Assembly: GCA_963812155.1 (NCBI GenBank)
Contig: CAWETW010000003.1
Span: 448,001 to 512,000, forward strand
Direction: 5' to 3'
DNA from: Vulcanimicrobiota bacterium
GTDB lineage: Bacteria; Vulcanimicrobiota; Vulcanimicrobiia; Vulcanimicrobiales; Vulcanimicrobiaceae
Length of the DNA: 64,000 nucleotides
Shown: piece by piece, positions 8,836 through 19,185 of the stretch
Position numbering within the stretch: the stretch's first letter is position 1
Layout: every line of letters begins with the position of its first letter
Notes under the pieces: model-generated
The model's database searches: none
Told to the model about the DNA's origin: nothing
What the model saw: the letters and a program-made list of their open reading frames with translations, nothing else
Translations under genes and position numbers: made by a program

Positions 8836-11580
8836 TTACGCTCGTTTCTCGGCAGCCTGCGCCGCCGGGGCGGTTGGTACGACGGAATCTATCGAGGCGG
8901 CGCAGTCCAGCGCCTGCTCTTCGGTAAGGCGGCTCCCGGCAGCCATCCGTTCCGCGAGCTCGTTTTCATTGTAACGTTCGTTGAGCAGACGCATCAAGCG
9001 TTCGTAGCCGATTCGCTCGGTGGTTTGGCGCGTGTCGTCGCCGGCATACTGCGCGCTCGTGAAGCCCGCAAGCAGCGCGGCGCGTTCTACGTCTCCGCTC
9101 AGCCCGGCAAGCAGCGCGTGATGTTCGAGCGCGGTCAGCGTCCAGCGCGCACCGGTCTGCCGCATGATGCGAAGCGCTTCCCGCAGCAACTGGCGGGCCT
9201 CGCCGAGTTCGTCGACGGCCATTGCATAGGCGGCGAGATTGCAGATGGCGAGGCCCAACGGCGCCGTGTTGAGGCGCTCGTAGGCGGCGCGCGCTTGGGC
9301 CGCCGCCTCGCGAGCCGCCGCGACGTTGCCGATCGCAAACTCGAGTTCTCCGATGTTGAGCAGTGCGCTCGCATGCGCCTCGCTGCCCGCGCGTTCGCGC
9401 GCCGCAACTTCGGTGAAGCGGCGGCGTGCGGTCTCCACGTCGCCGCGCTGCAGGCTCGCGACGGCCCAGTTGCGCAGCAGTGCGTTGAGCGCGACCGGCG
9501 CCAGCGTCGCGGCATCTTCGTAGGCTTCGGCGAATGCGCGTTCCGCTTCGTCGAAACGCCGGCCATCGCGGTAGACGCTGCCCAGCAATGCCAGCGCGTG
9601 CGCCTTTTCGTTGACGTCTCCGGACCGGCGTGCGGCAACTGCCGCATCGCCGGCGCGCCGTTCGCGGTGTGCGGTCGCGCGCCCGACCAGCCACTCCAGC
9701 CGCACGTGGTGGCGCATGACGCGTGCGTGGGTGAGCGCGTCGGCGTCGATGCCTTCGATCTCTGCCACCGCGTCGTACCAGCGAACCGCTTCGTGCGGCG
9801 TGGTAACGAGTTCGGGCCATTCCAAATGCGACAGGAGAACCAAGCCGCTCGTTGGGTCGCGGCGATTGACGACCGACCATTCCAATGCGCCGCGGAGGTT
9901 ATCTATTTCCGGTGCCAGCGCGTGCTGCCAGCGCTCGTCTTCGAGCCGATCGACGAGTTCCGCGCGTTCGCGAACGAGTCCGGCAAAGTACGCGGCGTGC
10001 TTGGCAGAAATCGTGTCGGCTTTGCCGGATGCGCCCAACTGCTCGCGGCCGTATTCGTGGATCGTGTTGAGCATCCGGTAGCGCCGCTCGTCGCCGCCGG
10101 GTTCGGCGACGACGAGCGATTTGGCCACCAGCCCGCCGAGGTTGTCGAGCACCTGCCACTCGTCGATGTCGTCGCCGGCGCAGACGGCCGAGGCTGCGGC
10201 GAGCGTCCACCCGCCGGCAAACGACGCGAGTGCCGCAAATATCGCGCGTTCGTCGTCGTCGAGCAGCTCGTAGCTCCAGTCGATCATGGCACGCAGCGTC
10301 TGCTGTCGCGGCAGACGGTCGCCGCCCTTTTGCGTGAGTAGGCGGAAACGCTCGTCGAGCTTCTCCGCGATCTGCTTCGGGCTCAGTACCGCCGCGCGCG
10401 ACGCCGCCAGTTCGATTGCGAGCGGGATTCCGTCGAGCCGCGTACAGATGTCGGCGACGACCGCAGCGTTCTCATCGGAGATCTCGAAGTTCGCGTCCAC
10501 CGCGCGCGCGCGCTCGGCGAAGAGCGCGACGGCAGCGGCGGTGTCGAGTGAGGGAAGCACGTAGGTCTGCTCGCCCGTAACGTCGAGCGGCTGGCGGCTC
10601 GAAGCGAGGATCTTCACGTCCGGACATGCGGCGGCGATCGCCGACACGATCCGCGCGACGGGTTTGGCCACGTGCTCGCAGTTGTCGAAGACGATCGGCA
10701 TCTGTTTGGTCTTGAGCGCGCGCGTCACGTCCTCGAGCGCATTATCACCGGCCGTCAGCGCGACGCCGAGTGCGTGCGCAGTGGTCGTTGCAACGTGACT
10801 ACCGCTGGAGAGTGCGCCGAGTTCGACCAGCCGGACGCCGTCGGTAAAATCGTCGGCGACGTCGGCAGCGACGTGGAGCGCCGTGCGGGTTTTTCCCACG
10901 CCGCCGGGTCCGACGAGCGTGACGATGCGGTGCTCGCGGACGAGCGCCGCGATTTCGTCGAGCTCCCGTTCTCGGCCAACGAACGAGGTGAGCTGCGCCG
11001 GCAAGTGCGCGCCTGCACTCGCGGCGCGCAATGGCGGAAATTCGGCGCGCAAATCCGGCGCGACGATCTGATAGACGTGTTCGCTGCGCTCGAGGTCTCT
11101 GAGCTCGTGTTCGCCGAGGTCGCGCAACGTAACGTCGGACGGAAGGTCGGCGCGCACGACCGCCGCCGTCGCGCCGCTGCAGATTGTTTGGCCGCCGTGC
11201 GCCGCGCCCAGCAATCGAGCGGCGCGATTGACGGCAGGTCCGAAGTAGTCGCCGCCGCGTTCGTCGGCCGTCCCCGTGTGAATAGCCGCCCGCACCGCGA
11301 GGCCGCCGGCGCGCGAAAAATCCTCGCCGGCCAGCGCACGTTGCGCATCGACCGCGGCTTGCAGCGCATCCATCGGACGCGGGAATGCCGCGCAAAACGC
11401 ATCGCCTAGGGCTTTGAAGACGTAGCCGCCGTGCCGCTCGATCGCGTCGCGCAGCAGCACATCGTGACGCTGTACGGCGTCCTCCATGGCCGCGCGGTCG
11501 CGCTCCCAACGGCGCGTGCTGCCCTCGATATCGGTGAAAACGAACGTCACCGTACCACTAGGAATCGCCACTTCTCGCAT
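8836..11580 (-). CDS. Class III adenylate/guanylate cyclase domain + STAND (NB-ARC-like) NTPase + TPR-like repeats
   Basis: FTDIEGST, KALGDAF, GDYFGPAVNRAARL; SFVGRE, GPGGVGKT (Walker A), FDNCEH, LDGIPLAIELAA, RQQTLRAMIDWSY. Confidence 0.92.
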   Translation of the reverse strand: MREVAIPSGTVTFVFTDIEGSTRRWERDRAAMEDAVQRHDVLLRDAIERHGGYVFKALGDAFCAAFPRPMDALQAAVDAQRALAGEDFSRAGGLAVRAAIHTGTADERGGDYFGPAVNRAARLLGAAHGGQTICSGATAAVVRADLPSDVTLRDLGEHELRDLERSEHVYQIVAPDLRAEFPPLRAASAGAHLPAQLTSFVGRERELDEIAALVREHRIVTLVGPGGVGKTRTALHVAADVADDFTDGVRLVELGALSSGSHVATTTAHALGVALTAGDNALEDVTRALKTKQMPIVFDNCEHVAKPVARIVSAIAAACPDVKILASSRQPLDVTGEQTYVLPSLDTAAAVALFAERARAVDANFEISDENAAVVADICTRLDGIPLAIELAASRAAVLSPKQIAEKLDERFRLLTQKGGDRLPRQQTLRAMIDWSYELLDDDERAIFAALASFAGGWTLAAASAVCAGDDIDEWQVLDNLGGLVAKSLVVAEPGGDERRYRMLNTIHEYGREQLGASGKADTISAKHAAYFAGLVRERAELVDRLEDERWQHALAPEIDNLRGALEWSVVNRRDPTSGLVLLSHLEWPELVTTPHEAVRWYDAVAEIEGIDADALTHARVMRHHVRLEWLVGRATAHRERRAGDAAVAARRSGDVNEKAHALALLGSVYRDGRRFDEAERAFAEAYEDAATLAPVALNALLRNWAVASLQRGDVETARRRFTEVAARERAGSEAHASALLNIGELEFAIGNVAAAREAAAQARAAYERLNTAPLGLAICNLAAYAMAVDELGEARQLLREALRIMRQTGARWTLTALEHHALLAGLSGDVERAALLAGFTSAQYAGDDTRQTTERIGYERLMRLLNERYNENELAERMAAGSRLTEEQALDCAASIDSVVPTAPAAQAAEKRA

Positions 11581-11639
11581 CTTCGCGTGCAAAAAGGCGT
11601 GCCCTCGTTCGGAGCCGGCGCGGAGGCCGCCTTACGCGC

Positions 11640-12392
11640 TCAGATGCTCAGGTCGACGATGAGAGCCGAGTGGTCGGTCAGGCGTTCGGTGCGGAACTCG
11701 TGGTCGTATTCGGCGCAACGTACCTTCGGCAAGAGCGCAGGCGAAACGAACGCTTTGTCAATGCGCCAGCCGCTGCGTCCCTCGTACGAACGGTCGAGCC
11801 GAAACGGCACCCAACTGTAATCGAGCGTATCGGGATGCTTCGCCAGCCACGCTTCCGCCCAGTATTGCTCGAGTTCGGCGTAGAGATCCGCGGTACTGAA
11901 CTCGTCGGCGAGACGGCCGGTGCGAACGTTGATCTCGATGTCGGTTTCGTTGCGTCCGGAGTTCAGGTCGCCGATGACCATCGCGTTGGCGCCGCGCTGA
12001 TTGTAGCGCTGCGCCGCAGCAATGAGGCAACGCAAATGCGGCCGCTTGCGATCTTGACCGGGCAAATACGCGCCGAACAGATCGAACGCCGGAAAGCGCG
12101 CGAGCAGCACGGCATTGGGATATTCGTCCTCCGAAAGGCCGAAGGGATTGCGGATGCTGTCGAACTCTTCGCGCGCGGCGATCAGCACGCCGTTGCCGCG
12201 GTGCCCTTGCGTCCACGCCTGATGCGCCAATCCGATGCCGTCGGCACGCTCGCGCAGGTAGGCGCCGGCCGGCGTATCGCGATACTCAGAGAAGACGGCG
12301 ACCCCGGCCCGGTGCCCGGCAACGCGCTCGACGAGCGGACCGATCGAGGATCGGCTCCCTCCCGAACGGACGTTGACGGCCAGAAGGATCAC
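11640..12392 (-). CDS. Endonuclease/exonuclease/phosphatase (ExoIII-like) protein
   Basis: N-terminal AVNV, FSE, GDLNSG, GWRIDKAFVS, C-terminal TDHS. Confidence 0.85.
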   Translation of the reverse strand: MILLAVNVRSGGSRSSIGPLVERVAGHRAGVAVFSEYRDTPAGAYLRERADGIGLAHQAWTQGHRGNGVLIAAREEFDSIRNPFGLSEDEYPNAVLLARFPAFDLFGAYLPGQDRKRPHLRCLIAAAQRYNQRGANAMVIGDLNSGRNETDIEINVRTGRLADEFSTADLYAELEQYWAEAWLAKHPDTLDYSWVPFRLDRSYEGRSGWRIDKAFVSPALLPKVRCAEYDHEFRTERLTDHSALIVDLSI

Positions 12393-12482
12393 CTTTGTCC
12401 CTTACCCAGCGTCGCCGGATAATGTTTGAACGGTGACGCCCCGGGCCACATCCAAGATGAGACCCTAAGATCGGAGAACGCC

Positions 12483-12689
12483 ATGCAACGCGACGACCAA
12501 CGCGTCCGCCGGGACGACCAACGCGACGAACTCGACGAAACCCTGAAGCCCGATATTCCCAGGCCGCACCGCACACCGTTGCCTCCCGACGAGGCACTGC
12601 GCGAAGCGCGCGACACCTACGGGGATAATTCGGCTTCCCCCAACCGCGAGGACCAGGAAGACATGCACCACGGCGCTTCCAATGAGTAG
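12483..12689 (+). CDS. Small acidic hypothetical protein
   Basis: GGAG RBS before ATG 12483; stop overlaps the start of the aldo/keto reductase; internal RDDQR duplication. Confidence 0.5.
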   Translation: MQRDDQRVRRDDQRDELDETLKPDIPRPHRTPLPPDEALREARDTYGDNSASPNREDQEDMHHGASNE

Positions 12690-13563
12690 CACCGGCACGC
12701 AAGCTGCGGACCGGCGTCCGGCGGCGGCGAGCGGCTCCTTCACCATCGGCGGCGATATGCCGGTGCATCGCCTCGGCTTCGGCGCGATGCGCATCACGGG
12801 CCCGGGAATCTGGGGCGCACCCGCCGATCACGACGAGGCGATTGCCGTGCTGAAGACGGCCGTCGAACTCGGCATTACGATCATTGACACCGCGGATTCA
12901 TACGGGCCGCACACTTCGGAAGAATTGATCGCGGAGGCGCTCTATCCATATCCCGACGATCTCGTCATCGCAACCAAAGCCGGGCTCGTTCGTCCGGCGC
13001 CAGGGCGCTGGGACCAGCACGGCCACCCCGACCACTTGCGATCGGCGATCGAAGGGAGTCTGCGCCGTCTGCGTGTGGATCGGATCGATCTGCTGCAGCT
13101 TCACGCCGTCGATCCGAAGGTACCGTTCGAGGATCAAGTTGGAGCCCTCGGCGCGCTGCAGCGCGAAGGGAAGATCCGTCACATCGGTCTGTCCAACGCT
13201 CTACTCCCGCAGATCGAGGCGGCTCGCGAGATGGCGACGATCGTCTCGGTGCAGAATCGCTACAATCTCGGCGACCGCGAACAGGAAGACGTGCTCGAGT
13301 ATTGCACGCAAGAAAACATCGCGTTTATTCCCTGGTTTCCGCTCGCGACGGGCGACCTCGCCAAACATGATGGCCCGCTCGCACAGATCTCCGAACGCCT
13401 CGGCGCGCGACCCGCGCAGGTGGCGATCGCGTGGCTCTTGGCGAAATCGCCGGTCATGCTACCGATTCCGGGCACGTCGAGCGTCGAGCATTTGAAGGAG
13501 AACGTCGAAGCGGCACGCCTCCATCTCGATGCCGCCGACCTCGAAGCGTTAGCCGGCGGTTAG
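12682..13563 (+). CDS. Aldo/keto reductase
   Basis: RLGFGAMRITG, IDTADSYG, IATKAG, IDLLQLH, GKIRHIGLSN, PIPGTSSVEHLKEN. Confidence 0.95.
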   Translation: MSSTGTQAADRRPAAASGSFTIGGDMPVHRLGFGAMRITGPGIWGAPADHDEAIAVLKTAVELGITIIDTADSYGPHTSEELIAEALYPYPDDLVIATKAGLVRPAPGRWDQHGHPDHLRSAIEGSLRRLRVDRIDLLQLHAVDPKVPFEDQVGALGALQREGKIRHIGLSNALLPQIEAAREMATIVSVQNRYNLGDREQEDVLEYCTQENIAFIPWFPLATGDLAKHDGPLAQISERLGARPAQVAIAWLLAKSPVMLPIPGTSSVEHLKENVEAARLHLDAADLEALAGG

Positions 13564-14261
13564 CAGCCGGAGAGCAGTTCGATCGAAACGAGTGTATCGG
13601 CTTTGAACGTGAAGCTCTGAATTTGACCGCACGGCTCGCCGCGGCTGTCGTTGGGCCCGTGCGTGAACGTCGTGTAGGAAATCGTCGTGAGACCCGGTTG
13701 ACCTTTTGCGGGGTGCGGCGCCGCCGCGCCGTAGATGTGCGCGAGTTGCTTCTGCGTCATCCCGAGCGCGACGCCACGCATCGTGTGGACGCCGCTGAGG
13801 TCGGCGTTGCTTACCGGTTTCGGCGGCGGCGCGACATTTGCGGTGAGCGCGAAGCCGCGCCAGGCGCAGCAGCCTTTGAAGAACAACACGATCGAGTGCG
13901 CGCGATCGTAGACGACGCTGCCTTTGATCGGTTCGGCCGTGCCGAAGACGAATGCGGTGCCGTGCTTGAGCGGCGCGCACACGCTTCCCGCGTAATTGAA
14001 GTCGTGCACCGGCAGCGTGGGTTTCACGCCGCTTCCGCACACGAAGTAGTCGTAACCGCGGATGACGATCGCGTGTTTTTTCGACCACGCATCGAAGCCG
14101 GTCTCGGGATCGGGCAGCCACTGCCCGATCGGCGGATTCCAAGCGGCGCCGTAGGTCTTGGCGGGATCGGATTGCGCGCCGGCGGCGGCCGCGCCGAGCC
14201 CCCAAGCCGCAATCGCGAGAGCGAGCAGCGGCGCACCGAACGCCAGGCGATAAGCAGGCAT
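13560..14261 (-). CDS. Hypothetical secreted protein
   Basis: Signal-peptide-like N-terminus from MPAYRLAFG; Cys pairs; coding-like composition. Confidence 0.6.
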   Translation of the reverse strand: MPAYRLAFGAPLLALAIAAWGLGAAAAGAQSDPAKTYGAAWNPPIGQWLPDPETGFDAWSKKHAIVIRGYDYFVCGSGVKPTLPVHDFNYAGSVCAPLKHGTAFVFGTAEPIKGSVVYDRAHSIVLFFKGCCAWRGFALTANVAPPPKPVSNADLSGVHTMRGVALGMTQKQLAHIYGAAAPHPAKGQPGLTTISYTTFTHGPNDSRGEPCGQIQSFTFKADTLVSIELLSGC

Positions 14262-14340
14262 GCCGGCGAGGTGCGACGCGACGGAGGCCCGCGCCTCCGG
14301 CGGAGTTTTGGGTAAGCGTCCGCCGGGTACCATTCTCGGC

Positions 14341-14634
14341 ATGAAAAACGCTATTACATCCGCGGCACTTGCCGCAGGCCTTTTCTTACTCGCGATCCCT
14401 GCTGCGGCGCAAATGTATATTTACGTCTCGGCCGCGCCCCCAGCGCCTATAGTTGAAACGATTCCGGCAAGCCCGGGAGCCGGGTACGCGTGGGTCGGCG
14501 GCTACTACAAGTGGAATGGCTCCCGGTACGTCTGGGTGCATGGGCACTACGCCCGTCACGCCGGACGATGGTGCGATGGGCACTGGCATCACGGAGCGCA
14601 CGGATACTACTGGACGGAAGGCAAGTGGTGCTAG
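14341..14634 (+). CDS. YXWGXW/WXXGXW repeat-containing secreted protein
   Basis: Signal peptide; APPAP..E.IP..PG.GYAWVGGYYKW, YVWVHGHY, WCDGHW, YYWTEGKW. Confidence 0.88.
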   Translation: MKNAITSAALAAGLFLLAIPAAAQMYIYVSAAPPAPIVETIPASPGAGYAWVGGYYKWNGSRYVWVHGHYARHAGRWCDGHWHHGAHGYYWTEGKWC

Positions 14635-14717
14635 CGCTGCGCTAGCTCTTCGTCATCCCTCCGTTGCGTCGCCGGCGGCTGCCGCCGCCGGTGACGTTTA
14701 CGTGCGCCTTCGTAACG

Positions 14718-15656
14718 TCAGCGCGTCTGAACGATGCCCTGAACGCTGTAGCCCGGCATAAAGCCGTCGCTGTAACTGTACTCGTATGCAAACGAGGGAT
14801 ACGCGTAGACGTCGACCGCACTCTTACTGTAGTCGGTGACTTGAATGTTGGTATTGCTCGGATTGAGTGCACCGTAGAGCGAACCGCCATGAAGGTTAAA
14901 GGTCGCGATGTTCGAGCAGGACGCCGTCTTCGCGCTGCAGCGGTAGATGTAGGCGTGTGTGAACAGCGTTTGGATCGAGACGAGCGTATCGTTTTTGTCG
15001 AAGATGAGATCGCCGGGCGTGTTTTGGTTGACATAACCGCTCACGACGTGCCCGGGCATCTTGCCGCGCGGCCAGACTGCGAGCTGGACGGCGTCGGTGT
15101 GACTGTAGTACGACGCCCAGACGTTGCCTTTGGAGTCGACCGCCGCCGTTTCGAATTGGAGGATCGACGGATCGGTGAGCGACGATGAGCAGCCGTCCGA
15201 CGTGCAGACCGCGACGGTGGTGCCGCCGGCCGCATAAATCTTGCCGGCGCGAACCGCGACGTCAACCGGCGCGGAGTACGGATCGGCGATGCCCCGCACG
15301 AGCTGTCCGCAGTTGGGCGAGTACACGCCGATGACGCTCGTTTCGACGTTCGGCAGATAGAGATTGCCGGCACCGTCGGCGGCGATCTGCGTCTGCTCGA
15401 AATTTTGACTTCCGATCGAACACACCGGCGGGAGATTGGCCTTGTTCTGCGCTTTGAAACCGAAGACGACGCCGTCGGAAGAACCGTTTGCCTGCGTGAC
15501 GAAGACGCCGGCGCGGGCCGCTGCGGGCGCCCGTCCGGCGGCGGCTTGCGACGTTACGGCTGCGGCCGGTACCGGCAGTCCCGAGGGCACGGTGCCGGGC
15601 GATTGGGAGCAGCCTGCGGCAATAGCCGCGACGCCGATAAGAGCGATGCGTTTCAT
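14718..15656 (-). CDS. Beta-propeller (NHL/SMP-30-like) lipoprotein
   Basis: Lipobox AAGC, Pro/Ala linker, repeated blades (IAADGAGNLY, AAVDSKGNVW, LIFDKNDTL). Confidence 0.75.
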   Translation of the reverse strand: MKRIALIGVAAIAAGCSQSPGTVPSGLPVPAAAVTSQAAAGRAPAAARAGVFVTQANGSSDGVVFGFKAQNKANLPPVCSIGSQNFEQTQIAADGAGNLYLPNVETSVIGVYSPNCGQLVRGIADPYSAPVDVAVRAGKIYAAGGTTVAVCTSDGCSSSLTDPSILQFETAAVDSKGNVWASYYSHTDAVQLAVWPRGKMPGHVVSGYVNQNTPGDLIFDKNDTLVSIQTLFTHAYIYRCSAKTASCSNIATFNLHGGSLYGALNPSNTNIQVTDYSKSAVDVYAYPSFAYEYSYSDGFMPGYSVQGIVQTR

Positions 15657-15740
15657 ACTGCGATGTTACGAGCCCGGGATGAAGAAAACCTGAACGCCGG
15701 TTCGAGGAGCGCCGGACGCGAGCCTAAAAATTTCGACAGC

Positions 15741-17129
15741 ATGAACTTCGATTGCCGTTGTCCTCACGCGCGCTATTCGCCGCGCGTTTTTGCGGAGGCC
15801 GAGCGCTTGCTGGGCCGGCGGGCATTTCTCGCCGGTGCGGCGGCCGCGGGGGCGGCACTGTTGATTCCGTGGCGCGCGCAAGCCGCGACCGTCACCGTCA
15901 TCAAGGCGGCGCGTCTCTTCGACGGCCACGCCATGCACGCGCCCGGGGTGCTCGTCATCAGCGGCGACCGTATCGTTTCGCTGTCGGAAGGCGACGCCGC
16001 CAGCGGAGCGACGCTCGTCGAGTTGGGCGATGCGACGATCATGCCGGGGCTGATCGACTGCCACACGCACGTCGCCGATTTCGTGTTGCCGTCGCATTAC
16101 CTCACGCTGATGTTTCCGAAGTACCGCACGGCCGACAACGTGCCGGAGGCGACGATCTATAGCGTGCGCAACGCGCAAGCGATGCTGCGCAACGGTTTCA
16201 CGACGGTTCGCGACGTCGGCGGCGGCGCGGGCATCGATCTCGCGGTGCGCAACGCGATTGCGAACGGTGCGATCGCCGGTCCGCAGATTTTTGCCGCCGG
16301 CCAAGCCCTCTCGATCACCGGCGGCCACGGCGACTCCAACGACGTGCCGGGATGGGTGGAAGAAGACCCCAGCGTCAAGGGAGGCGCGATCGGCTACGGA
16401 CCGTACGGTTTTCGCGAACTCGTCCGCCAAAACGTTAAGCTGCACGTCGACGTTATTAAAATTCTCGCGACCGGCGGCGTGCTTTCGTACGGCGACGTGT
16501 GGGACATCCCGCAGTTCAACCTCGACGAAGTCCAAGCGGTCGTCGAAGAATCCACGAAGTTCCATCGCAAGGTCGCGGCGCACGCGCACGGCGACGAAGG
16601 CATCGCGGTGGCGGTGAACGGCGGCGTGCACTCGGTCGAGCACGGAACCGGCGTGAGCGAGAAGACGCTTAACGTGATGGTGCAGCGCGGCACGCATTTG
16701 GTGCCGACGATTTGGGCGCTCGACTCGATCCTGCAGCCCGGCAACCCAAACCACATTCCCGAGTCGTCGATTCAGAAGGCCGAATATGCCGCGACGTTGC
16801 GCAATGCCGGCATGCACCGTGCCGTTGCATCGAGCGTGAAAATCGCCTACGGCACCGACGCCGGCGTCTTCCCGCACGCACAAAACAACAAAGACTTCGC
16901 GCTGATGGTCGGGCTGGGCATGCGCCCCACCGACGTCATGCGGTCGGCGACGGCCAACGCCGCCGAACTCATCGGCGTGACCGATCGCGGCACGCTGGCA
17001 CCGGGCAAGCGCGCCGACGTCGTCGCGTTCAACGGCGACCCGAGCCGCGACGTCGCCTTAATGGAACGGCCGCCGGCGCTGGTGATCGCCGGCGGCCAGA
17101 AAGTGGACCTTTCGAAACTTACGGGCTGA
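15741..17129 (+). CDS. Tat-exported metal-dependent amidohydrolase (Xaa-Pro dipeptidase-like)
   Basis: GRRAFLAG twin-arginine signal; MPGLIDCHTH, GFTTVRDVGG, AAHAHG, SVEHG, GTDAG, GKRAD. Confidence 0.9.
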   Translation: MNFDCRCPHARYSPRVFAEAERLLGRRAFLAGAAAAGAALLIPWRAQAATVTVIKAARLFDGHAMHAPGVLVISGDRIVSLSEGDAASGATLVELGDATIMPGLIDCHTHVADFVLPSHYLTLMFPKYRTADNVPEATIYSVRNAQAMLRNGFTTVRDVGGGAGIDLAVRNAIANGAIAGPQIFAAGQALSITGGHGDSNDVPGWVEEDPSVKGGAIGYGPYGFRELVRQNVKLHVDVIKILATGGVLSYGDVWDIPQFNLDEVQAVVEESTKFHRKVAAHAHGDEGIAVAVNGGVHSVEHGTGVSEKTLNVMVQRGTHLVPTIWALDSILQPGNPNHIPESSIQKAEYAATLRNAGMHRAVASSVKIAYGTDAGVFPHAQNNKDFALMVGLGMRPTDVMRSATANAAELIGVTDRGTLAPGKRADVVAFNGDPSRDVALMERPPALVIAGGQKVDLSKLTG

Positions 17130-17186
17130 CCGCGATCGACCTGATATTTTCACCAGGCCCGTGCCTTGCGTCACGCCGTTCCTGCG

Positions 17187-17864
17187 CTAATGCATCAGCC
17201 CGGCAACCGCGTTCACGACGAGTGCGAGGATGGCGGTATTGTATGCGAAGGAGACGAGTCCGTGACCGAGCGCGAACGCGCGAATGTGGGCGCTCGTAAT
17301 TTGCACGTCGGAAACTTGGAACGTCATGCCGAGCACGAACGAGAAATACGCGAAGTCGAGATCGTTCGGTTCGTGCGCGCCGGGAAACACGAGTCCGGCG
17401 CCCGGCTGGTCGGCGGCATCGCGCCGCTGATAGTAGAGATGTGCGTATCGAAACACGAAGAACGTGTGAATTAGCAGCCATCCGAGCGCGACCGCCGCGA
17501 ACGCGAACAAATGGACGAAGACGGACTGCGACGACGTTAGATCGCCCGTCGACGGCAGCAGGATGTTGAAGGCCGAAATGAAGCCGAACACGACCGCGGT
17601 CAGCACGACGCCGAATGCCACGTTCCGTCCCGGATCTTCGCTCGCAGACCGCGCCTGCGTCGCCGCGACGTCGCTGCGAAGGATGACGTACCAATAGAAG
17701 GCCACCATTCCTAACGCAGCCGCATCGTAGACCGCCACGATGCGCGCCATGGCGGGAAACCATGGAGGAGCGAATACCATGACCGCGATCTGCGCGGCGC
17801 CGCCCGCGGCGGCCGCGACGGCGAGCGGGACCAGCGCGCGGTCGCGAAACCGCAGCTTCTTCAG
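17187..17864 (-). CDS. DUF1345 family membrane protein (start uncertain)
   Basis: RYAHLYY, GLVFPG, DFAYFSFVLGMTFQVSDVQI, HGLVSFAYNTAILALVVN. Start is either a CTG overlapping the upstream stop or ATG 17780. Confidence 0.85.
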   Translation of the reverse strand: MKKLRFRDRALVPLAVAAAAGGAAQIAVMVFAPPWFPAMARIVAVYDAAALGMVAFYWYVILRSDVAATQARSASEDPGRNVAFGVVLTAVVFGFISAFNILLPSTGDLTSSQSVFVHLFAFAAVALGWLLIHTFFVFRYAHLYYQRRDAADQPGAGLVFPGAHEPNDLDFAYFSFVLGMTFQVSDVQITSAHIRAFALGHGLVSFAYNTAILALVVNAVAGLMH

Positions 17865-19081
17865 AGTTTGCCGCCGGATTTGATGGTCGAGTAGACGGCT
17901 TCCATGAGTTGCACGAGATGACTGTTCTTCTCGACCGGACGGCTGTTCGCAAAGATCGCGACGACGAGATTCGAGTCGGGGAAGTAGAGGTGCGCCGCAC
18001 GGAAGCCGAGCGTTTCCCCTTGATAGAACCAGAACGTGCCGAAGGCGGGAATGTATTTTTGCGCGACGCCGAGCCCGAAGCCGCCGGGATCGCCGGCCGT
18101 CGCCGCGCCGATGGGCTTCGCGGTTTTGGTGGAGTTCAAACTCAACAACTCGGCCTTTTGCTTTGCCGGCAATAGCGCCGTGCTTTGATACATCGCGCGT
18201 GCCCATGCGACGAGATCGGCCGGCGTCGAGACGATCGAACCTGCACCTTGGGCCCACGACAGGCTGAAGCGGCTGACGTCTTTCCCAACGAACTTGCCGA
18301 AGCCCGCATCGTCGTTCTCGTAATAGCCGGCGACCACACGCTTTGCAACTCCCGTCGGATAGACGTTCGACGTGTAGTATGTGTTCTTTAGGCCCGCGCC
18401 GGCGATAAGGCGCGCCATCGCCGCCGAAAAACTGTGGCCCTCGCTGCGCGCTGCGACGACTTCTTGGGCCAGCAGATATCCGGTGTTGGAATAATGGTAC
18501 TTAGTTCCGGGCTTGGAGAGGAACTTCGGATAGACCAGGCGGATCAGCCCGTCGGTCGACATATCGGCCATTGGGTTTGCAGCGAACGCTTTTTCCCACG
18601 CGGGCGTGTTGTCGTACGATTCGATGCCGCCGGTCATGCTTAAGAGCTGCCGCAACGTCAACTTCGCGTATGCGGGATATTCCGGCAGATATTTGCCGAT
18701 TGGAGCGTCGATTGACAGACGTCCCTGCGCCTCGAGCTGCAGCACCGCGACGGCGGTGAACGCCTTGGTGTTGCTGCCGATTTGGAAGAGATCGCTGGGG
18801 GTGACCCGTGGTCCGGCTCCGTAGCGCGTCGTGCCGGCCGTAAGGTTCAGCGCCGGCCCGTCGTTGGCGACGCTGACCGACATCGAAAGGGCGGAGAGAT
18901 GTTCCTTTTCGCCGCGCTCCTTCAGGTAGGCGTTCAGGTCGCGCTGGAGCGCAGCCGCAAGCGCTGCCGGGGAATGTACCGGTGAGGGCGCTGCGGCATA
19001 TCCCGGCTGCGCCTGCACGAGAACGAGCATCCCGAGCGCGACGTTGCGTGCAAACGGCACGCTGCGCTTTATCCAACTCAT
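17861..19081 (-). CDS. Serine hydrolase, beta-lactamase/D-alanyl-D-alanine carboxypeptidase (class C-like) family, secreted
   Basis: FQIGSNTK (SxxK), YHYSNTGY (YxN), GAGSIVST; signal peptide. Confidence 0.9.
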   Translation of the reverse strand: MSWIKRSVPFARNVALGMLVLVQAQPGYAAAPSPVHSPAALAAALQRDLNAYLKERGEKEHLSALSMSVSVANDGPALNLTAGTTRYGAGPRVTPSDLFQIGSNTKAFTAVAVLQLEAQGRLSIDAPIGKYLPEYPAYAKLTLRQLLSMTGGIESYDNTPAWEKAFAANPMADMSTDGLIRLVYPKFLSKPGTKYHYSNTGYLLAQEVVAARSEGHSFSAAMARLIAGAGLKNTYYTSNVYPTGVAKRVVAGYYENDDAGFGKFVGKDVSRFSLSWAQGAGSIVSTPADLVAWARAMYQSTALLPAKQKAELLSLNSTKTAKPIGAATAGDPGGFGLGVAQKYIPAFGTFWFYQGETLGFRAAHLYFPDSNLVVAIFANSRPVEKNSHLVQLMEAVYSTIKSGGKL

Positions 19082-19185
19082 CGTTTCGGTTTTCGCGAAT
19101 GCTGCGAACCGTCCTCGATGGCCCGTTCCCCGAAGTCCCAGCTCGCAGGAGTGTCTTACTGGTTTTCGCAGAAATGGGCGGCGTA

